Shown: positions 38,852-51,200 of the stretch, piece after piece
How positions within the stretch are numbered: position 1 is the first letter of the stretch
How the letters are laid out: every line of letters starts with the position of its first letter
Assembly: GCA_903813345.2 (NCBI GenBank)
Contig: CAIIXF020000001.1
Coordinates: forward strand, 7,192,001 to 7,256,000
From: Owenia fusiformis
Lineage: Eukaryota
DNA: 64,000 nt
Direction of reading: 5' to 3'
Program-made: the position numbers and the translations under genes
Notes under the pieces: model-generated
Told to the model about the DNA's origin: nothing
The model's input: the letters and a program-made list of their open reading frames with translations, nothing else
Database searches by the model: none

Positions 38852-39222
38852 GTGAGTGTAACAAAAGAGCTTGGGAATGGACCAGGTCTTCTATTTTCAA
38901 AAAATTACACACCCCTTTTATCACATTGTCCATCAAGAATGGTATGTTGCAAATGTTACTTACAGTCAGTGTCTATTTTGAGTTTTAATGTTCCAATCTA
39001 CATTCGCTACATAACTAGTCAGCAGACACTTTCAATTATTAGTTCCAGTAGGCCTACTGACAGACTGATTCCCCTAGAGAAAGCCCATGCAAATAGCTAC
39101 AGCTTCAAGATGCACGCCCAATCCGGGCGCCCAATACATTCAAGTTAATGTAAGCTGATGGGCAATTTGTATAACCATGAATTTGTTTGTAGGTTGCAGG
39201 TTATTAAAATAGGTCATATGTC

Positions 39223-42200
39223 ATGGGAAACAAACATGATAAGCCTGGACTCCCAACCATTGAACAAGCCACAGAACCCAATGTTGATATAAACAAAGGT
39301 TCTCAACCTATAAATGGAAGGAACAGTAATGAGGCACATGACAATCATGGAACAGTTGCAACAATACAGGGTGAGCTGAAAGAAACGCAGGGAGATAACA
39401 CTGAAGGTTGGGTTACAATATCATTGGCAACTCAAGATGCCTTGGTATTCAACCCACAGACCAGCTATACATTATGTGCAGGTGAGATAGCAGTATTAAT
39501 GTATATACTAGGTTCAACAGTTGAATGGCATGAACCTCAAAAACTGATTCTTGTAGATATTAAGTGTAATCCCTTTAGTCTGTAAAAAGATGGACTTTAA
39601 CTAGCATCCTCGAATCACCGGGCTTCGAAATCCAGAATACTTCTACCCCCTGCGATAAGCAGTTAGCATTTCCCCGATTAAGAACTCACAATTTGATTCG
39701 CTGTCGCAACTTTGCGACAGCAATCATGTATACTTCATCTGCACATAATTAGATCACATGATTCAGTTAAATACTGGGCGCTTCCAAATTGGTTATAGCA
39801 GGCAGAAAGAAGGAGGTACGGATTCTGAACACCTGCTTAGGAGGATGTTAACTAGAGAATAGTCTGGTATTGCAACCAAGTGTGACTTTGTACTATTACT
39901 ATATTTATTCCAAAATTTCTAGTATGCAGTTTTGATTAAAGTCTGTCTCATTTTGTTTTACTAGGTGTAGGCAGACAGTTGAAGATGGACACAGGCCATC
40001 TAGGCGTAGCGGCAGACAATGATGCTAACCTCATACACTCTGTGTTACACCAGAAATTTGACATTCCAGAGGTAACTGCAATAATGTTAAATTCCTGTAG
40101 TACATGCTTGTCCCTCATACCAATGTGTATTAGACAGACATTTTGGTCGGAAGTATGTGAATTAAGGAGTAATGTTAAGGTCTAGGTGTGATTTTGTTAC
40201 TGTTATGTATTTGTCCCTACACTGATGGTATAATGTGCTATTTTCAGAAAAATTCCACGTTACTCTCGAGTGAAAAAGAAAAACAAGCTACATTAGAAAA
40301 TATACAATGTGAATTACGAGCCAAGTCACAGCTTGTGGGGAAAGATGGTATTTTGGTTTTCCAGTTCTCCGGGCACTGTTACAAGCTGCAAACAGGGGAG
40401 GTGCTATTAGCCCCAGCAGATTGCATGCGCACTAGGAGTACAACTCTTACTATTCAGGACATTATTAACTGCATACAGGGCACTATTGCATCCTACTTTG
40501 TGATGATCGTTGATTGTTGCTATGCCGAACTTGTTGCCGAACAATTTATCCTAAAATGGGAAACATTAGTCCCAACATATATCCTTGCATCTTGCAGCTC
40601 GAAACAGAAATCATTATCTTTCAAAGATTTGAAGAATGGATTTTTTACTTATTTTCTTGTGAAATATTTTGAGGATTATAAAGAAAGGACATTCCCAACT
40701 CTGACAGCTGTTGATTATTGTAAACCTCTCTGTGCAGCCATGAGTACACTTGTCAGGTATGTACAAAATATGTCCATGTGGTCCATTCTTTTCAGCAAGT
40801 TCTGATTGTTTCTTAAGGTAGATCTGCATGGTCACAATATTTAGTTATTATTCATGCTATTGGTTTTAATTATTTCCCACATTTTGTATGTACATGTAGA
40901 TATTTACATGTTGCATGGTAGAGTATTGAACACATTATGTTTTGTTAAAATGTTGAAATGACATTTCCTCAATTGTGAATGTGCATCGTGCAGAACTACC
41001 TCAGTCATATGAAAAAGATTTTCTTACAGTTGTACTTGTAAATGTGTCTGTTGTCTAAGTCTCTACATAAATGATAGAGAATTTATTATAGCACTAGTTC
41101 TAGTTTTTAAAAACATATTAAATACACAAGCTTTATTTCCTTATATTCATCTTGAATTTTCTCTTGTCAATTTCTCCTCGGGTCTATCATAACAGATACA
41201 CTTGTCATGCATTATTTTAGCACCACTGCGGATGATAATGTGGAGTGAGTATGTCATACCATATAGCATTCAATACTTCTCCCTTTGGCATAAGCAATAA
41301 GCATGCATACATGCAAGGAGGGTATATTGCAGTTTTATTGCTGAGCACTGATATTTGCATATGAAGTCTCCTTTAATTTTCCCAGGTTGTGGTATGAGAG
41401 TAGTGAATTTCTGAGATGGGGTGTTTAAATAAACTAATTATGTTCAAAAATGCATGCATTGAATTTTGCACATTAAATGGAATTACTAATTTGGATTTCT
41501 TGAGGCTAACTGCATATTTCCGACATTCATGGAGTGGGTTATAAATTAGTTCTTTACAGGGTGGGAACATTTTTTAAAATAACGCTACCTTTCAGCATTA
41601 TGTAATCCTAAATAATCATGCTTTGTAGTAGCGTTTTTGGGCCAACCTTGTAATATTACAATGCTTTAAGACCTTGGGGAAAATATTAAGGCTTTATATA
41701 GGTTACACATAATCCCTTTATTTTACTTTTTATTACCTTGCACCAAAACTGCTCTTCATAAATCTACATAATGGTAATAGTTCTACTCAGAATTGAAATA
41801 TAAAATCATAGGTTTTAAGCCAGTTCTGAACTGAGGCAGTTTGCATGTTACGTATATGTAGTTTCATATTTTTTATGAACATTCTTTCTATCACCTGAAG
41901 AATATGGATAATATGGCGGTCTCATTGGTGTGAAGATATTAGGACAAACTCAAATATTTTGATATTGTGATTTGTATATACAGCCCAGGGTATGGTGCAG
42001 ATGCAGAGATGTCCCCCAAAGCTGTATTCTGTAACATACAGGTGCTAGAGGAGAGGGTGCTGGTTCATACTGGTGCAGTAGATGACATTGACTTCACACA
42101 GCAAACTGTAAGTGGAAAACACAATGGTTCTATACAGTTGTTACATGTTCTTATAGCTTTGCATTATAAGACCCATTACCAAATCTCCCTTCTTTCTTAC

Positions 42201-45200
42201 TGTTGACTAAAGCCCCCACTGTCAATTCTGTGCATGTTGTCTTCAAAGGAAATACAATATATTTACTATAGATAGTTACTAAAGCACTTGGGTTCTATAT
42301 TGTAATTAGTTTATTTGGCAGCTTAGTAGAAAGGTGACGATGAGCATACATCCTGGAATTAACCATTACATTTCTGTTTTGAGTTAAACTTTTTGATTTC
42401 ATTTTAGTTTCAATGACCATGTTTAATGTTTACAGTATCCTTATGATTTTGCTGTGAAGTACCTGATGTTAGATCAAGCTATTGGGAAAGGCTGTAGTCT
42501 CCCAGAGGTACCACAAGCCGTTAAAGGTAAATAATTTATGGATTGGCAAGCCATACATGTGTTAGTTACTGTAGTCTGCATAAATTTGAAATTAATGACA
42601 CATTAAGGCAGGTCAAGTGTAATGGGAATTATGAATAAACAAAATATCATGAAAAAAATATGTATCTGCCATAATAAAATTGATTTGGAGGCAACATAGC
42701 ATTGGGATATTATGGCAAGCAGGTCCAAAATCAGCAGACCTTAATTAACATATAATAAGATGTTCCTTGTATTATAAATATGTTTAAAACTTCAGTTTGG
42801 TTGATGAATGATGCTACACCTGCCATGGAGAAACTGAAGGGGGCCAGCCTCATCCACCTGCCAGAGATGTTTAGTACAGTGATGGCTTTTCTTGCCCAGT
42901 CTGTGGCCAAACTCATGTACAAGGATGCATTGGACAGTACAGGCTCCCATGAACTCATATTTAGGGTGAGTTGTCTGTTCGTCTTGTCCCACATTAACTC
43001 TCCTTGTGAAGTTGTCACAGAGGAATTTATCATTAATGGTGAATTGTCACACTTATTTTTTGCCTCATACTAATTATCTTTAAGGTGAGTTATCACACAT
43101 CGGTTTACCTTTAGCATGCCATGTTTATCTTTAGGGTGAGTTGTCGCAAAGGAGTTATCATTAGCGTGAATTGTTCCACAGGAAGTTAACATTAGTGAAA
43201 GTTTTTCACACATCTGTTTACATTTAGGAGACCAAGTATATGTATGTTTATTGCCGACCTGTGCCTGAGTCATAAAACCTCTTAAAGAAATATATCATTT
43301 TGTGTCATAAATTTTAGAGTGATTGGTTCATATTGGCTTTCATCAGAGTCAGTGAGGCTTTGAGTCACGTGGATGAGAGTCTGCAGCCAGAGCTTAAAGA
43401 CATGGAACATTTTCTTGAATACTACACAACGAAGGTAATCTTTATAAAATTAATTATGGACCAGTTCACAAATTAGGAATCAGGTATTAGGTTGCAAGTT
43501 TGTGTATTTTGTTACTTTCTCAAGTTTTCTGTGCTATTCATTTTTTCAGAATGTCTTAACAACTATGGATCCATAAATAATGATATTGAACTCAGTGAAA
43601 TATCAAATGTTATTAAAAATATGAAAAGTGGTAAGTCTCCAGGACAACAGTGTCAAGATATAGGGACAGAAAATATTGACATTTTAAAAGTACCGTTTTT
43701 TTCGTTTTGTTATTATGGAAAGTCAAACATGACTATAGATGATGTTTTATGTAGGCATTTATGTATGATACTTAACCATACTCTACGAAGAATGGATGAT
43801 TTTTGTAGGCATTTATGTAGGCATTCTTAAAAAACGTTACTTTGCCTTAAAAACGTTACTTTATTGGACTTTAACTTTTCTCCTCGAAGAATGGATGATT
43901 ATATACTCCAGGACCAAGTGGTATTACAATTGAATTTCTTAAAGCAGCACCTGATATATTATTTCCAATTTTCCTTAATAGACTGTAACCCATTCTGTAG
44001 AAGTGCTCTAAAAATGCAACCTTCCTTACATGAAAGGTTACACATTCCAACCTATTTCAAACCATCTGTATGATTATACTGGACACTTTCTGGGTAGTTG
44101 GACTTTCTATAGGGGTGGCAGACGGCCCTAAGACCAATTTATACCCCTACCCCCAAAAAGCCATGGGGGTACTTTAATACCACCCAATAAAAAGAATACT
44201 AATGTATGTCAGATATTCATTGTTTTAAATTGGGTAGGGCATGTTATGGTTAATAAGTGCCAGAAATTTCCAATCTCTAACTTATATGGTTACCATAGAA
44301 ACAGTATTTATATCTCGAAATATTCACAATTTGACCCCCTCCCAAATGTGTCCCTTTGTTCTCAAAGTGAAATATTTCAAAATCTGTTTGGATTTTATGG
44401 CTGCTACTTGTCAAAATTTGTAAAATTATGTCTATATTAACACTAAAACACTTAAAAGTTGATATAATGATCCTATAAATCAATAATATTTATCAAATAT
44501 AGTCACACATAGCTGTTTTCAGGGAAAAGTGGGCGTGGCACTTTTTGGTACTTGTGCGCTTGTTGCAGCATTAAATGAAAAATGCAGATTACACTAACAA
44601 TAATTGACATTTAATTAGCATCTACTAATGTTGTGTAACATTGTAATATGTTCATTATCATTATTAGACACTTTAAATATTTTATATAAGTGTTATCCTA
44701 ACCCTTCCCTATCATAGGTCATCAATGGTCAAATGAACTTTTAGTTTAAGTCTTATAGGGTCCTCAGTCTTTTAAGTCTGTCAAGAGTCAAGTCTTACTT
44801 ATTCATTGACTTGTTCCTAGAATATGTATGGATAAGTTCAAGTCATCTAGAGCTATGAGTTACAATTAATTAAACCTGCACATCGCTCCAAAACGCAATA
44901 TGTTGACATATATTGTTTTTACATTTTCAAGCTCTAAAATAAAGTTTATGTAAATAAAAATTGTTTTTTTCTGCGTAATATCAAAGAACAATCATTTAGT
45001 TAAAAAAAAAAAGGCGACCGCGGGATTCGAACCCGGGCCTCCCGCGTGCTCAGCGAGAATTCTACCGCTACACCACCGTATTTTTATGAATGATGGAAGT
45101 AATTAAACTCTACTTATTTTGAATGCTATGATTCGGAAGTGATGTCACGTTCTTCATTTAGAAACCTTTCCAAAATCATATCGCCGACTCCGATCGAAGC

Positions 45201-48200
45201 AAATTCAATGAAAAATCTTTGTAATGACACATTTATCGTAAGTATTTCTACACAAGATTTGCCCCATTTGTTCATCATTCTATAATCTTTCATTAAGCTC
45301 AAAATGATAAAGTTCACCCCCGAAACAACCCAAGATTGCGTTTCGGAGCGTAGTCCAGCTTTAATATGCTTGTTCAACAGGCTTCAATATTTAGAACCAT
45401 TTTACCATGTTTACTGCAATTGAAAAGTAATGAACAGTTCAATCCTTTTGGTATGATATTTGATGCCAGTGTGAATTGCATAACATTTATGATTAAACTT
45501 AAATGAACTAATATAACTCTGGCTATCAACCCTTCCCTAGTATCCTTCACATAACCTCTAAATCATCTTCATATCCATGGCCTAAATAGGGAAGGAGGGA
45601 GGGATTACAAATAGTGACCGTGGATAATTTGAATCAAAGCAAGAAGACGTAATACTCAAAACTAGAAAGCTTGGAGACCATTTATACCCTTCCTAATATT
45701 TTGCCTAATACATAACACTAAAATCTATCAGACACTTGCTGATTCTTTTATCAATACCTCAACATCAGGCAATGCATGATCTATCCAATGGATTAAAGAT
45801 TATACTTGATTCTAATATGGAAAAATTAATTTTTCGTATGAATTGCATAGAGCATCATTTTGCAGTTATAATAAAATGCATCCATTCATTCATTGGCTCA
45901 TAGGTAACAAAAAAGCTATTCTCTGCAAAATAATTGCAAGATAAACAATTTACACATGTTTCTGATATGCTGTATTTTCAATGATTCCTTCAATAGTGGT
46001 TCGGTGTGGTCGCCGGGTTGGCCTAGTGGTTAAGGCATTGGTCTGAAAAGCAGGAAGTCTGGCTTCAAGCTGAAAAGAAGAGGTCTTGGGTTCAAACCCA
46101 GGTCACAGCACTTCTTGTGATTTGTCGTTGACCTATGACTGCTGACCTATACCGGCGATTACTAGAGTGCTGCTAACTCGATAAAAGGCTGGCGCTGGCT
46201 AGAATTGTCTATGGTTCTCGCCAGGATAAAGTTACCAGTTCTTCAACTCGACAATGGGAAGAACTGCTCTACCTAAGTGACTAATATGTCATGATATGAC
46301 ATCTAAAGAGTCAATAAAAAGATATATATATGTTTTTGAAATACTTCAAATAATTCCTAAACAAATCTGTTTAGTGTATGAAATCAAAAAAAAGTAGATA
46401 CATTTGTCCCATACTTGGACATGTTTCAGATACATATAGCAGGTTTATAAATACTTACATTTTTATCAGCGGGCAGATATAGCTAATGTCCCGGCCTGAG
46501 AGGGCAGATATATTACACCTGCCCACTAAGTCATAATCATCATTTGTGTATGATTAGCAATGAGGGAAGTAGCATACTTAATACATATGTTAATAATCAA
46601 TGATTCGAGAATATGTAGATGAATACTTAAAAAACAGGAGAATCCTCCTAAGGCCAAGAAAACAAAATTAGACATGAATACATTCACATGGTTGAATTCT
46701 TTCTAACTCTGGCCAATTGAACAATGTGAACCAGATAAGAAAGATTGATATAGGATAAACAGATCATCCTATAGTCAGTTCATGCTATTAGGATTATCCC
46801 TTGGCGAATATAATATATCTTCCCTCAGTACCTAAGGCCTTTGGCCAATAGAAAATATCTTCCCTCGGGACCTACGACCCTCGGCCAGATATATTATATT
46901 GGCCTCGGGATAATTCCAATACCCTGAACCTCATAGAGGATAATCTCTATTCGTCTTCATCAATTATTATTATACATATAAATCGGGATATAGATATAAC
47001 CTAAAGTAAGAAATCACATTCTCTAACCAGTAATATTTAATTTTAAAATTGGTAAATGATGATTTTGTCACAATAGAATTGATGACCATGATTTATTTGA
47101 GAGTAAAACAGACAAGACAAAGGCTAACAAAAATCTTTAAAAATTTGGGTAAAACATAAATATTTTAAAATTGCTTGTTTTTCATCATTATTACTTCGAT
47201 CTCCAAACCCCAAAAATTGAGTGTTACAAATTGTTTCAAGTTAAAGTATGCCTTTCATGAGCAAACGTGTAATCTTGCCTTATCTAATTCATCTTTATAC
47301 AAACTACTAGATTCCAAATGCTATTTTACAGGATGGGTGTTCATGAAAGTAACACTAAACATCAATTTTGTCATAAACTGAACAATGCAGCTAATTGATT
47401 CTCCCATCTAAGCAACAGAGCCTCTTTTAATATATTGTTATTTCAAAATTGCCTCTAATTCAAGTTCTTCAATCAAATCTAAAATGGACACAACTGGTAA
47501 TATCTTTATACCATATGAGTAGAATATTTGTTTCTTTCAAATTCATGCTTTCGTTAGAAACATGGATATCACTAATTTATAGTTTTGATTCATATTTAAA
47601 ATGGTGTGCATTATATATGAGGTTTAATTAATGGGAAGTTTTTAATACAGGGAAATACAATATATCTGAGGGAAATAGAATATACCTCCCCGAGGGTTTG
47701 AGGGTAGAATATTGTATTTCCCAAGGGTTATACCTTGTACCCAAAATTATTATCATATACTAAAATACGAAAATATGAGAAATTACACAGAATGAAATTC
47801 CTGCAGGGGATTACTGACGGGTGATAAACCTGGCGATACATAGAGATTATCCTAAATGAGGTTCAGGATATTGGGACTATCTCGAGGCAAATATAATATA
47901 TCTGCCCGAGGGCGATTATGACAGAGTGGGGAGATATACTATATCTGCCCGCTCGCAACGGGATGTAAAGCTATATCTGCCCCCTGATGAAAATATAAGT
48001 TTTTACAAACCTGCTTTATGTACCTGAAACACAACCAAGTATGGGATAAAGCGGGATATGCAGTACATGTATATCCCAATTCACCTAAGGTATCAATTAT
48101 ATTCATGCATTTTATTTACCTATAACCCCGGGGGGTTCACTGTATATAAAACTCGACGGGGGTCCTAGGCTGAAGCCTCAAATATCAATATGTTCCCATA

Positions 48201-51200
48201 CCAATCTGTCAAATTTTAATATGTTCCCATACCAACCAAAATGACGCCCAAAGGCCATACCAAATGTCCAAATATAGAACCAATGCCATACCAAATGTCC
48301 AAATATAGGACCAATGCCATACCAAATGCCCAATTATGGGACCAATACCATACCAAATGTCAAAATGTAGGACCAATGCCATACCAAATGTCCAAATATG
48401 GGACCAATGCCATACCTTAATTCAAAGTATATGAAATATAGGATCAATGTCATACAAATTTGGAACTACTGGACCAATGCCATACCACGAATGTTAGGTA
48501 ACGTATCTACAATGACCATTCTCATACCAGAAGAGCAAAAGTCCGACCATTGCCATACCTCAGAAGTCAGAAATTTCCGGGCATTCCCATACCAAATCCT
48601 AAAATATGGTTCCATTGCCATACCAAACGTTGAAAAAGGTACCCCACATGCGCCGAGGATCCCCGTCAAGGTTTATATATAGTGAACCCCCCGGGCCTAT
48701 AACACTAAGTATAGGATAAATAACTTTTACTGACAAATTGTATATGTACATGATTACATTAGTCACAACTACTCACTAAAAGGTTAACTTATTGCATGAA
48801 GAAATGTAATTCTACATGAAGATTTCAAATATGATATCACTTATTTGACTGAATTCAAATATGATATCACTTATTTGACTGAATTTTGAATTTTTAATGA
48901 AATAAAGCAAGATTATTTCTACTTGCATCTAAGTCTATTTCATTGTATAAGTCAACAATTAATAAGGCAAATACATATCACTGGCTTCCCTGATTCATTT
49001 AGTTTCCTTGCACTTTTGAAATCATCAATAATTCATATAGGGTTGAACTGTCGAATAATGAAAACGTTGCAAATGATGTGATAGAAGTTTTTATACTATT
49101 TAGCTTGGAAATATTGCTGATATAGTTTTAATGTGATTTTAGGAGATTAAATGTTCTACTGAGGAACTTTGATTATGTTCAATTTTCTATGATCTTTAAC
49201 TTTCTGAAAAGGGTCGGGCTAAATTCTCATTGAGACGATGTTAAAAATCTTAAAGTTGACTTCCTAAATGTTGAATTCTTTTGATTGTCATGAATTTAAG
49301 GTTCACACAAAATCTAAAGATCATCTCGTTTCAAACACAATCTGAATCTCATTAAGTTTGATGTGAAAGCAGTTTTACTTTAATCCAAAATAACAAATAT
49401 GGTAAATCAATATGTGTCTATGGTAGATGCTAGCGTGTAGTCCAACCAGCACAAGTGCTGCCATCTACCTATCCATTCATCAGTTTAGCACCTAATAAGG
49501 TCAGTACTCATGGTAAAGCTTTTGTACCTCGTCTATGCTAAAAATAAATCAAACAGAAATGTTAACTTGACACGATTGGTAATGCCCACCTTGAAGGGTG
49601 TAGTGTAGGGATAAAGGGAAGGGTCAGGATAACACTTATATAAAATATTTAAAGTGTCTAATAATGATAATGAACATATTACAATGTTACACAACATAAG
49701 TAGATGCTAATTAAATGTCAATTGTTGTTAGTATAATATGTATTTTTCATTTAAGGCTGCAACAAGTACACACGTACCAAAAAGTGCCACGCCCACTTTT
49801 CCCTAAAAGCAGCTGTGTGTGACTATATTTGATAAATATTATTGATTTATAGGATCATTATGAACACTTTTCAGTGTTTTAATGTTAAAATATACATATT
49901 GATACCATTTTTGACAAAGTAGCAGCCATAAAATCCAAACAGATTTGCAAATATTTCACTTTGAGATCAAAAGGACACATTTGGGAGGGGTCAAATTGAG
50001 AATATTTCAAGATATAAATACTGTTTCTATGGTAACCATATCAGTTAGAGATTGGAAATTTCTGGCACTTACTAACCATAACATGCCCTACCCAATATAA
50101 AACAATGAATATCTGACATGCATTAGTATTCTTTTTATTGGGTGGTATTAAAGTACCCCCATGGTTGTTTTGGGGTAGGGGTATAAATTGGTCTGAGGGC
50201 CGTCTGCCACCCCTATAGAAAGTCCAACTACCCAGAAAGTGTCTAGTATCATCATACAGATGGTTTGAAATAGGTTGGAATGTGTAACCTTTCATGTAAG
50301 GAAGGAGTTACAATTATCAGAGTGGGCCGTAGTCTATAAGCTATTTCAAACAATCATGAATTCAGGCATTTTTCCTGATCAGTGGACTTTAGCAATTATT
50401 TATGCATTGTTTAAAAAGGGAGATATAAATGTTTCAAATAACTACAGGGGTATATCACTCTTAGACACCATGGGAAAGATATTCACAAAAATAACTAGCA
50501 ATAGGTACATCACTCATATGAAAGAACGGGGACAGTGGTTTGAACAACAAGGAGGTTACAAAGAAAAATATGCAACAGCAGATAATATTTTTGTTTTACA
50601 ATCATTAATTCAAAAGTATGTATCAAAGAAGAAAGGACGTTTATACTGTCTATTTGTTGATTTTTCGAAAGCGTATGATTGTATCCAGCACGATATTTTA
50701 TGGTATGTTTTAATAAAAAATGGGTTTCATGGAAAAAGTCTGAAAGTTCTCAGACACATGTACAGTCAATTACAATCATGTGTTATGACAGAAAATTTTG
50801 ATCTGACTGAAAATTTTGATTGTTCTATTGGCTGTCGGCAGGGCTGTATGCTCAGTCCGACAGCATTTGTCATATTTCTAAATGAATATATAAAAATGTG
50901 TCAAAACTTAGAAGGCATTTTTGTAGATGAGAGTTTGCCAAATATTTCTGTAATGCTCTATGCAGATGACCTTGTTCATGTAGCTGACACTGTACCTAGG
51001 TTACAGAGACAATTAAATTGTCTATCAAGGTTTTGTAAACAGTATGGAATGAAAGTAAATATGTCGAAAACAAAAATAATGGTATTTAGAAGAGGAGGTT
51101 ACCTTAAAGAAACTGAAAAATGGTATTTTAACAATGAAAGAGTAGAAACAATCAATGGTTACAAATATTTAGGTATCATGTTTACACCAAAGTTAAAGTG

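Larger units (their letters stand above)
43979..50336. mobile_element. 6.36-kb non-autonomous DNA transposon with ~730-bp TIRs, TAG...CTA termini and 3-bp TSD (Academ-like)
   Basis: 43979-44712 is the reverse complement of ~49610-50336. TSD TAA at 43976-43978 and 50337-50339. Removal restores the LINE frame (FLKLFQ). No transposase ORF inside. Confidence 0.88.

Noticed and set aside
40188-40805. Bacterial contamination as the source of the caspase-like ORF
   Set aside because: The domain is split by canonical spliceosomal introns, has host-like base composition and lies between ordinary animal genes.
43539-43580. Exonisation of the LINE through the TTTTTTCAG acceptor in its TSD
   Set aside because: Splicing from the phase-0 donor at 43434 is out of frame with the LINE ORF and hits TAA within 9 codons.
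45013-45082. Functional tRNA-Ala(AGC)
   Set aside because: The body is tRNA-Gly-like, position 33 is not U, the acceptor stem does not pair, and it sits in a MITE.
48180-48630. Regularly spaced CCATACCA core with variable intervening sequence, superficially CRISPR-like
   Set aside because: The spacers are diverged copies of one ~30-bp unit inside a MITE with TIRs and an 8-bp TSD; eukaryotic context, no cas genes.
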